A DNA stretch of 21,558 bases, from the NCBI GenBank assembly GCA_964493715.1, contig CAZBPC010000058.1:1-21558 (forward strand). Reading direction: 5' to 3'. The notes under the pieces were generated by a model that was not told the DNA's origin, did not search any database, and was given only the letters and a program-made list of their open reading frames with translations. Position 1 is the first letter of the stretch, and every line of letters starts with the position of its first letter. The DNA is from an uncultured archaeon. Lineage in GTDB: Archaea > Asgardarchaeota > Lokiarchaeia > Sigyniarchaeales > SOKP01. Made by a program: the position numbers and the translations under genes. Shown one piece after another: positions 1-7,720 of the stretch.

Positions 1-148
1 AATAAATTACTGTCATGTAATCAAACCTAAAAGTTGAAAGCGATCGAATCATCATAAGAATTGCGAGAATACATACTAATATTCCAATTATTATCCTAAT
101 AACGTCTAATATTAATGAAATTGAGAGAAAATATGAAGTAAAGGTTAG
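1..148 (-). other. Possible 5' fragment of a membrane-protein gene running off the left edge
   Basis: My own translation of the minus strand from 148 downward is open to the window edge (LTFTSYFLSISLILDVIRIIIGILVCILAILMMIRSLSTFRFDYMTVIY) and hydrophobic. It is bounded by an in-frame TAA at 152-154 and has no ATG/GTG/TTG before the hydrophobic part, so the start is unresolved. Confidence 0.25.
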
Positions 149-322
149 TCTTTAGGTTAGTCCACTACTAATAAATGACTATTTGTTATTTATTCTTTTA
201 TACTTTTCCCTCGGGAGTATTCTAATGTAAAATTATATACTTTTACATAGAAGATTTATAGAAATCAGACGCTGAATTTACCTTTTTATAACTCCAATCT
301 GATCTATGCTCATGTTTGTATC

Positions 323-1597
323 TTAAGTCTTTTTCCTCTGTCGCAAGATCTCAATAAAGCTTTCAATCTGATTGAGTGTTTGGGTTTCATTTAGCTTCCG
401 GGGATCGTTCATATCGGCATCGATGATAAGGCAAGGTATATCATAATCATCCATTAAATGGCGCTTTAAATCGTACATTCCACAAGAATTCGGGCGACAT
501 GATAAGTTGTTATGAAGTAATACCCCATCAATGCTCCAATCTTTTACTGTTTCCTCAAATTTCTTGATGCGGGTTTCTAAATCGTAAACATACCAAAAAC
601 TTAACATTAATTCTGACATTGCTTCAATGGGTTTGTTTAGTACCATTTCCTTGGTCACTTTTGGATTCATGTATTTGCTGAAAGCATATGTATAAGGTTC
701 ATATACAATTATGGCATTCCATCGCTCAAGTTGTCCGAAGTATTTCAAATTGTACCAAAAAGGTATGCCTTCGAACATAAGCCTAAAATCCTCTTTCTCC
801 AAAGCTCCAATTCCTTCATCAACTCTTATTTTCGCTTCTTTATACATCCTCTTGTACAATTTGATAGGTTCCTTCAATCCAGGCATTGTAAAAAGGGGAA
901 ATAATCCACCGAATGTATCTCGAGTTGAAATAGGACAAGGGATGCATTTTCTCAACTCATAGATGTCCTGCCATACTTTACTTAAGTTCCACGAATTTTC
1001 AGATACTTGTCTTGCGTTTTCTTCATTATACTCGTGTCCAGTGACTTCTTGAATGAACTCGATGAATTCATAGAGTTGTTCGGTGACATATTTTTTAAAA
1101 TAATTATATTGACGATTAGTGGTATTGCTTACGACGTGTGGAACATCAATACTATAATGAGGGACGTTGAATCGTTCTGCTTGAACTTGAAACCAATTCA
1201 CATGGGTATCACAAATGACGTCAGTGGAGAGCATAAAGGATGGCTTTCGAGTGCCCCCCTCAGCCATTCCAGCATTGGTTAAGACAGCTCCCACGTTGGT
1301 TTTGAAATAAGAACATAAATCGTAAGAAAATCCCTCAGCTTCAGCTAACTCAATAAAGTTTTGCGAATATTTTTGAGCTGCTGATACGGTGGCTGAATTT
1401 TCGGGGAGCATGGGTTGCACATCCATCGCATAGAGCATTTCTACTGGACTTCCCGAGGTTGCCCAAGCTGTAGGTTTTCCGTCGCGATATGCTTGCTCAA
1501 TGGCCAAAAAATGCCTTCCCATAATGTTTTTTAGCCCTTGGGTGGCATTCAACATTTTATTATGTTGGGGTTTTATCGATTTTTCTTTTGCTGACAT
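323..1597 (-). CDS. 2-hydroxyacyl-CoA dehydratase alpha-type subunit / benzoyl-CoA reductase BcrB-type subunit (HGD-D family, 4Fe-4S)
   Basis: 424 aa. Family motifs AEAEGFSYDLCSY, STDVICD, IDGVLLHNNLSCRP and IPCLIIDADMNDPR...QIESFIE, with three cluster Cys. A GGAGG RBS lies upstream, overlapping the stop of the partner gene. Confidence 0.88.
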   Translation of the reverse strand: MSAKEKSIKPQHNKMLNATQGLKNIMGRHFLAIEQAYRDGKPTAWATSGSPVEMLYAMDVQPMLPENSATVSAAQKYSQNFIELAEAEGFSYDLCSYFKTNVGAVLTNAGMAEGGTRKPSFMLSTDVICDTHVNWFQVQAERFNVPHYSIDVPHVVSNTTNRQYNYFKKYVTEQLYEFIEFIQEVTGHEYNEENARQVSENSWNLSKVWQDIYELRKCIPCPISTRDTFGGLFPLFTMPGLKEPIKLYKRMYKEAKIRVDEGIGALEKEDFRLMFEGIPFWYNLKYFGQLERWNAIIVYEPYTYAFSKYMNPKVTKEMVLNKPIEAMSELMLSFWYVYDLETRIKKFEETVKDWSIDGVLLHNNLSCRPNSCGMYDLKRHLMDDYDIPCLIIDADMNDPRKLNETQTLNQIESFIEILRQRKKT

Positions 1598-1608
1598 TTT
1601 TTTCCCTC

Positions 1609-2646
1609 CTAAATCATCTCAGCAAATGCTGAGAATCGAGTATTTAATTGAGAATATGATTCGCGGTTGTAAGTCATCTCAACAAATAGATATGGAATTC
1701 CAAGTTCCTTAAACTTCTTATGCAGATAGGGATGGTCATAGAGGACGGGTTCGCAAAATTTTTGTGCAATATTTATGACGCCAACAACTTGATACTTTTT
1801 AGCAAGAAACTCGAGGACGTTGTATCGTTCATACGATGGAAATTTAGTGGAATAGATAGGTTTAGTAATATGATATTTTGCTATGGCTTCTATAGGGTTT
1901 TCATTTTCACTTACTGAATTCCAGAAGTACTTAGTACCCACCCCCAAATCATCAATTATCACGTGAAATCCAAGAGATTCGAGTAGAACAATGAGTTCGG
2001 TATCATCAATATCGGATCCTGTTAGTAGTATTGGCTTCATATCATTAGAAATTAAAACGCGAGACTCTTTTAACTCCTTCAAGCGTGTTTCTAATATGTG
2101 AAGTGCATCTTCTTTTGGATATTGTTGAACTTTTTTTACTAGAGCATGAAATTCAGAGCCTTTTAACATGTATTTGGTCCGATATTCGGATATTTCTTTG
2201 AGTAACTTACGAATCTTGTTCATTTTTTGGATAGATTCTTTCAATTTTTCATCTGTAATTTCGATATTAAATGTATCCTGTAATTGATTTTTGAATTCTA
2301 TTAGATCATCGATAAAGAATTTTAAGGCGACATCATCACGCTTGCGTGGTGAATTGAGAAAGAACATGAACTTGTAATTTAGACATTCTAACCAGATATC
2401 AAATTCACGATTGGTCCTATCACATCCGTGACTGGAAACAATCCCAACAATATCTTCATCTAAACCTGCAATTGCTTGTTCTAAAAGGTTTCTAGTCCAA
2501 ATGCAATGAGTAGGGGGAATATGTTCGTTTGCTTTTTCTGGTTGGAGAGTTGGATCTCCAAAAAGCCTGAAAGGCACGAATCCCGCTGCCATTATGATTT
2601 CTTCAGGGGTTTCAACACCACTATCAAAAATCCCAATTTTTTTCAT
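1609..2646 (-). CDS. 2-hydroxyacyl-CoA dehydratase beta-type subunit / BcrC-type subunit (HGD-D family)
   Basis: 345 aa. Motifs PEEIIMAAGFVPFRL, HCIW, HGCD, KFCEP, GIPYLFVE and TRFSAFAEM. It ends 11 bp upstream of the partner subunit on the same strand. Confidence 0.88.
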   Translation of the reverse strand: MKKIGIFDSGVETPEEIIMAAGFVPFRLFGDPTLQPEKANEHIPPTHCIWTRNLLEQAIAGLDEDIVGIVSSHGCDRTNREFDIWLECLNYKFMFFLNSPRKRDDVALKFFIDDLIEFKNQLQDTFNIEITDEKLKESIQKMNKIRKLLKEISEYRTKYMLKGSEFHALVKKVQQYPKEDALHILETRLKELKESRVLISNDMKPILLTGSDIDDTELIVLLESLGFHVIIDDLGVGTKYFWNSVSENENPIEAIAKYHITKPIYSTKFPSYERYNVLEFLAKKYQVVGVINIAQKFCEPVLYDHPYLHKKFKELGIPYLFVEMTYNRESYSQLNTRFSAFAEMI

Positions 2647-2773
2647 AGTTAGCTTCTATTTGAAATTGATTGCCTAAATAGGAATGAGAAATTAAATCTT
2701 TTAGAATAAAAAAATATTTATATTTTCGCTACATTTCTATCTATTATTATTAAGAATCTACGTGATTACTCAA

Positions 2774-3082
2774 ATGTCGCAACATACAATTTCAAGAACT
2801 TTAAGCAAAGCAATTTTAAAGCCAGAAGTGCGGATTAAATTAAAAATCTGGAATACATATCTAACAGGGAAACTTGTTAAATTCGATAATTACATGAATT
2901 TAATAGTGGATGAAGCGAAAGAGATTTATTTCGGTCGTGGTGGGAAGAGAAGTAAAGATTTAGGGACAGTCATGATACGAGGCGCTTCAGTTATCTTTAT
3001 AGGACAAGATCGCGAAAAATTATTATTTCAAGAAAATAGTGAAGAAAAATTAATGTATAGAGAAGAATTTGATGGAGAATAA
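2774..3082 (+). CDS. Sm-like archaeal protein (SmAP/Lsm) with an acidic C-terminal tail
   Basis: Sm1 motif GKLVKFDNYMNLIVDEAKE and Sm2 motif LGTVMIRG. It sits directly upstream of rpl37e, the conserved archaeal arrangement. ATG at 2774 is preferred over GTG at 2762. Confidence 0.9.
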   Translation: MSQHTISRTLSKAILKPEVRIKLKIWNTYLTGKLVKFDNYMNLIVDEAKEIYFGRGGKRSKDLGTVMIRGASVIFIGQDREKLLFQENSEEKLMYREEFDGE

Positions 3083-3102
3083 AAGATTCATAAGGTGATA
3101 TT

Positions 3103-3303
3103 ATGGGTCAAGGAACTGAAAGTAAGGGAAAAAAAAATAAAGCAAGTAGTCATAAAACTTGCAGACGATGTGGAAGGCATTCTTATCATCGACGCAAGCG
3201 ATTTTGTGCTTACTGTGGCTTTGGAAAAACCGCTAAATTAAGACAACCCGCATGGCGTAATAGGTATAGACCCTTTAATGGAAATAAAGGATTCTATAAA
3301 TAA
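3103..3303 (+). CDS. rpl37e: 50S ribosomal protein L37e
   Basis: MGQGTESKGKKN..HKTCRRCGRHSYH..KRFCAYCGFG zinc finger. A GGTGA RBS lies upstream. Confidence 0.96.
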   Translation: MGQGTESKGKKNKASSHKTCRRCGRHSYHRRKRFCAYCGFGKTAKLRQPAWRNRYRPFNGNKGFYK

Positions 3304-3432
3304 TCTATTTCTTAAATTGTTAAAATAATAGATGGTGTTTATCTTATTACCATATATTTTAAATGTATATAATCAGTTATATTCCTTATATTAAATTTGT
3401 TCAAATTAATTCCATAGGATTAATGAACGTCG

Positions 3433-3822
3433 ATGGATTCCATCCAAGTTGAACAACTGTCAAAAGAACTTATCAAGCTTGAGTCGGTTTTAGGCATCAT
3501 CGGAACTGTCTTAGTTAATAGAAATGGTCTTACGATTACTTCTCGAGTAACGAGGGTTTTTAATGAGAAAAAAATAGGGGCTCTGGCGGCTACAATGTTT
3601 GAAGCAATGGAAACAGCAATAACAGAATTGAATGAAGAAATATGCAATATTACCGTAGAATATAATGAATATCAAGTAGTGATCATGGGTGCTACTAGTC
3701 AAGTGATTCTAGTAGCATTTATCGAACATAATATAGATTTAGGCATAACATTAATTGAAGTCGAGGAATCTCTCATCAACATTCAAGAAATAATAAAAGA
3801 TGATGAAAATGTTAACAAATGA
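3433..3822 (+). CDS. Roadblock/LC7 (MglB/LAMTOR-like) domain protein
   Basis: 129 aa. GIIGTVLVNRNGLTITS, helix KIGALAATMFEAMETA, then strands ITVEY/VVIM/ILVAF, a typical Roadblock/LC7 pattern. Confidence 0.85.
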   Translation: MDSIQVEQLSKELIKLESVLGIIGTVLVNRNGLTITSRVTRVFNEKKIGALAATMFEAMETAITELNEEICNITVEYNEYQVVIMGATSQVILVAFIEHNIDLGITLIEVEESLINIQEIIKDDENVNK

Positions 3823-4549
3823 GCAAAAGCAACGTTATTCCAGGCAAATAATTTCTCCTTCAATAGGCGAAAAAGGGCAAGAGAAACTGTCAAAAGTTAG
3901 AGTTCTACAAATTGGAGCAGGAGGGTTAGGATCTCCATTCTCACTTTATATGGTAGCTACAGGAATAAAGGAATTAACTATAATTGATAACGATACTGTA
4001 TCAATCTCCAACTTGCAAAGACAAATTCTCTATAATGAAACCCAAATTGATAATGATAAAGTTTCTATGGCAAAAGAAACACTTTCTAAACTCAACTCTG
4101 AAGTAGAAATCAAGGTTTTTAAAGATTATGTTGATGAGAAAACTATTAAGAAGCATGTTGATGGGCAAAATTATATCGTTGATTGCAGTGATAATTTAAG
4201 AACTAAATTTTTAGTAAATAGAACTGCGATTGAATATGATATGAAATGCGTAATTGCGGGTATTAAAGACTTTTATGGTCAAATAATGACTATCATTCCT
4301 CGAAAAACAGCATGTTATGAGTGCGTGTTTAATGAACCCGAAAAATTTTCATCTAAAGATGGACCTTTACCGGTTATTGGTGTCACTCCAGGGATTTTAG
4401 GTACTCTTGAAGCGTTAGAAGTCATTAAAACAACATTAGGTTTACCTAATTTAGAAAATAAATTATTAATGGTCAATTTATTAGATTTATCCTTTAACTC
4501 TATAGATATAGTTAAAAATGAAAGATGCATGTGTTCGTTAAACTATTAA
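3809..4549 (+). CDS. ThiF/MoeB/HesA-family E1-like adenylyltransferase
   Basis: RYSRQI, IGAGGLGS, DNDTVSISNLQRQ, VDCSDN and CYEC motifs. Its start overlaps the end of the Roadblock gene. The start could be any of the ATGs at 3800, 3803 or 3809. Confidence 0.92.
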   Translation: MLTNEQKQRYSRQIISPSIGEKGQEKLSKVRVLQIGAGGLGSPFSLYMVATGIKELTIIDNDTVSISNLQRQILYNETQIDNDKVSMAKETLSKLNSEVEIKVFKDYVDEKTIKKHVDGQNYIVDCSDNLRTKFLVNRTAIEYDMKCVIAGIKDFYGQIMTIIPRKTACYECVFNEPEKFSSKDGPLPVIGVTPGILGTLEALEVIKTTLGLPNLENKLLMVNLLDLSFNSIDIVKNERCMCSLNY

Positions 4550-4589
4550 AAAAGAATAGAGAAAAAAAAGTTTAATATTTTGAATTATT

Positions 4590-5111
4590 TTATAAAAATT
4601 TTTTCGTTATTAATATACAGATACATCCATAGAAGAACCCGTTTACGATTCCCGCCATTATTATGTTTATAATCCCACCAACATACTCGAGAGATGTTAT
4701 CAAATCTACCCACACAAGATATAGATAGGCAGAGGATGTTTGTCCAATACCAAGAAACAGGGCATATAAGCAACAAGAGAGGAAAGCGGTTAAAAACCAA
4801 GCGCCAAAACCAGTGAAATTATTTTCACCTATAAAAGCGGCTACTATTAATGCAATTAAAGGAGGTACGACTAACGAGAGAAATAGCATTAGGTCTGTAA
4901 GGAGATCTGTTGTAGAAAGAAGTGGAACTATCCCATAGTTAACCCAAGCAGCCCCTGGGTATGTAGTTATTGGGGCAAAAACGGCACAAACGAGATACCA
5001 AACATCAGTTGCAGGATATCCAGATACAGTAAACATCGCGATAAACATAAACACGGTGTTTAGACCTAAATAGATAACTAAAGAGATCACAAATGTTTTT
5101 ATAAAGTTCAT
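4590..5111 (-). CDS. Hypothetical integral membrane protein (about 4-5 TM segments)
   Basis: 173 aa, almost entirely hydrophobic segments. ATG preceded by GAGG. It fills the gap between recognised genes. Confidence 0.75.
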   Translation of the reverse strand: MNFIKTFVISLVIYLGLNTVFMFIAMFTVSGYPATDVWYLVCAVFAPITTYPGAAWVNYGIVPLLSTTDLLTDLMLFLSLVVPPLIALIVAAFIGENNFTGFGAWFLTAFLSCCLYALFLGIGQTSSAYLYLVWVDLITSLEYVGGIINIIMAGIVNGFFYGCICILITKKFL

Positions 5112-5326
5112 TTTCTTCAGCCTCGAATAATTTTTTTTAATTTTTAGAATATAAGATTTCTTGTTCTATACTTCTTATATATATTGCTTTTGTTTATAAG
5201 TTTTTTAGAAATGGACAGAAAAAATCAGAATTAATGATCTTTTTTGCTTTAAACGTATTAAACTAAATGATAACAAGATAAATATTCTCTATTAATCTTT
5301 TAAAAACATATAACCAAAAAAGAGAA

Positions 5327-5878
5327 TCAGAATTCGGGATGATCTTTAAAGAATTTTTTGAACGCTGCACCATTGATAGCATATACACCTGATGATTGCA
5401 TCCCAATAGGTTTTCCAGTTGAGGAGAGTTCTTTTTTAATCTCTGCTGGGACCCCTAATGCTAACATTCTCGGAGGAACTTCTTTATTTACTAACACTGC
5501 TCCAGCTCCAAGCATAGAACCATCTCCCATTTTCGATCTGTGCAAAACATTTGAACCAATTCCGACTAAGCATCCATTTCCAATTGTACAAGGTCCATGA
5601 ACCATCGCATGATGGCCAATGATACAATCATCACCTATTTCGACCGTTGAGTTAACTTCATTATGGATAGTAACGTTTTCTTGAATACTTGTATTTTTTC
5701 CCACGATTATTGTTCCCCAATCACCCCTAAGTATAGCTCCAAACCAAATATTGGATCCTTCTCCAATCGTAACGTCTCCAATGATCACGGCAGTAGGAGC
5801 GATAAATACTGATTCGTGAATTTGAGGTTCTTTTCCATTTCTTGGACTAGGTATTATTAACGGTTTCATTTTTTTCAC
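5327..5878 (-). CDS. Gamma-class carbonic anhydrase family (left-handed beta-helix, YrdA/CaiE/PaaY-like)
   Basis: Hexapeptide repeats, IIGDVTIG, IWFGAILRGD, IQENVTIH and IGHHAMVHG (three metal-binding His), GVPA. The start may be the ATG at 5869. Confidence 0.92.
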   Translation of the reverse strand: MKKMKPLIIPSPRNGKEPQIHESVFIAPTAVIIGDVTIGEGSNIWFGAILRGDWGTIIVGKNTSIQENVTIHNEVNSTVEIGDDCIIGHHAMVHGPCTIGNGCLVGIGSNVLHRSKMGDGSMLGAGAVLVNKEVPPRMLALGVPAEIKKELSSTGKPIGMQSSGVYAINGAAFKKFFKDHPEF

Positions 5879-5924
5879 ACTTTTTAGTTAGTGAATGCAT
5901 TTTGATTAAAAAAATAAAAGGTTA

Positions 5925-7601
5925 TTAAATATAATTTGCATCTTTTAGCATTTCTTTGTGATCAAACGCTAATTTAATATTTTTCAACTCTTTAAGCGAA
6001 ATCACGATCACATCCTTACTGTCATCTCCACTCTTAATTTGATCTTCATTGCCTACTATTCTGCATTTGTAGGCAGTGGAATGAACATCTCCCCTTGGAT
6101 CTCTTCCGGGTTTATCATAGACTCCTAACTTACTTTCTATTTCTACATCTAAGTTTGTTTCTTCCTTGATTTCTCTGATAACAGCTTGTTTCGGAGTTTC
6201 TCCTTTCTCCACAGCACCACCTGGTAAAGCGTAATAATCCTTATATGGAGGATACCTACGTTTTATTAGTATGATATTTCCTTGATTGTCCTCAATTATC
6301 GCATCAACAGCTTTCTGGATTTGTGATTTATTCATCATCATTCGAGTATATATATAGAAAATAATTGTTGCACCCAAAATTGCAATGATTATAAGCCCTA
6401 TAATGCTATTTAATAAAACAGTTAGAAGATCTCCTTCTTGTAATGTAAAAGCTAGCATTATTACACCTGCTAAATCGGCTAAAATTCCCGCCCCGAAGAG
6501 TAAATTGAGAAGATTTAACCCCTTTTCAGTTCTCTTTTGATTTCGTTCGTTTTGTTTTTGATATAAATCTTGAATCGCTTCATAAATTGTTTCAAATTTA
6601 TCTTTAATTCTTTCAGCAATTCCTTTGATGTCAAATTCGTTTAAGAGATATTTTAATACCACTGTATAATGCTCTCTTCTATTATAATCAAGTTCATTAT
6701 AAATAATGCTTAATCGAGTCTGTATTAGCCCACGTAATAATCGCAAATTCTTTATCTTTTCCTCTATATAGTTTAAATTCTCAAAGACATCTGTTTGGGT
6801 TTTTAAAAATAATAGATCTAATGATTCATTAATCGATCTTAAAGAAAATTGAACTGCTCTCATTCTAGGGGTAGGCTCAATCACAAATTTCAACATGTAA
6901 GATTCGAAAAAACGTTCATAGTTATCTTCTGCCATATAGATGAATCCAGAGTTTCTATGGATAAAATGGAGTTCAGATAGCCTATTTGAAAGATTATTTT
7001 GAACTCTCCGATCGTAGAGATCATCAGAATAATCTTCCCACTGCCCAGAATATATAACAGTCCAATAGGAGATTACTTTTTTGTATTTTTCGATATTCTC
7101 TGATGTCCATTGAATATTTGCTGGTTTGCAACCATTTGATGTCGCAAACATGAAAAGAGGACTTTCAAGATCTAGATAAATCGCTTTATATTCATCCTTT
7201 TTAGATAATTCTGCTAATACACCTAAAACCAAGTAAGGAATTTGCTGAAGAAGCATTGGGGTTAATTTTTCTTTTTCTGAGGGATTATCTTTATAATGAT
7301 CCACATTGAATTGGAAATACCCTAATGTATTGAAATCTCTATCCGAATTTTCGTCTTGATATGGGAAATGATCTACATAAGGGCTCCAAGAACAATAAAT
7401 AGTAGTGTTCTTCGCTATTTCAATAATATGATCCTGTAAGTCTTTTCTGAAAATGTCCCGATCTGATAAATTTTTCAACTTTTGATTAACTGCTTTTTCA
7501 ATTTCTTCACTGACTTGATTTCCATCAATTTTTTTTGAATTTATAAAAGCACTAACATAATAGAACACTTGTTTTAAAATGAATTGTAGATTTTCGGTCA
7601 A
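5925..7601 (-). CDS. Membrane protein: soluble N-terminal region, long coiled-coil, two TM helices and a C-terminal Nudix (ADP-ribose pyrophosphatase-like) domain
   Basis: 558 aa. TTG start preceded by an AGGTGA RBS. Two hydrophobic segments (LNLLNLLFGAGILADLAGVIMLAF and LLTVLLNSIIGLIIIAILGATIIFYIY). Nudix box GAVEKGETPKQAVIREIKEETNL, followed by RDPRG and LAFDH. Confidence 0.85.
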   Translation of the reverse strand: MTENLQFILKQVFYYVSAFINSKKIDGNQVSEEIEKAVNQKLKNLSDRDIFRKDLQDHIIEIAKNTTIYCSWSPYVDHFPYQDENSDRDFNTLGYFQFNVDHYKDNPSEKEKLTPMLLQQIPYLVLGVLAELSKKDEYKAIYLDLESPLFMFATSNGCKPANIQWTSENIEKYKKVISYWTVIYSGQWEDYSDDLYDRRVQNNLSNRLSELHFIHRNSGFIYMAEDNYERFFESYMLKFVIEPTPRMRAVQFSLRSINESLDLLFLKTQTDVFENLNYIEEKIKNLRLLRGLIQTRLSIIYNELDYNRREHYTVVLKYLLNEFDIKGIAERIKDKFETIYEAIQDLYQKQNERNQKRTEKGLNLLNLLFGAGILADLAGVIMLAFTLQEGDLLTVLLNSIIGLIIIAILGATIIFYIYTRMMMNKSQIQKAVDAIIEDNQGNIILIKRRYPPYKDYYALPGGAVEKGETPKQAVIREIKEETNLDVEIESKLGVYDKPGRDPRGDVHSTAYKCRIVGNEDQIKSGDDSKDVIVISLKELKNIKLAFDHKEMLKDANYI

Positions 7602-7720
7602 TATTTCTCACCTAAGTTCAAATAAATATAATTCTAATTTAATCTTCCTTAGCATAAAAGTAATATGCTCTTGTATTTTATATTTAAACAATTAGCAGAA
7701 CTGAAAGGAATGAGAAAATT

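Noticed and set aside
711-1917. Plus-strand ORFs 711..962, 1007..1282, 1500..1712 and 1720..1917
   Set aside because: Antisense shadows of the well-supported dehydratase genes, with no recognisable motifs.
3420-5600. ORFs 3420..3647, 3511..3702, 4315..4530, 4585..4800 and 5358..5600
   Set aside because: Antisense or alternate-frame overlaps of recognised genes, with no family signal.
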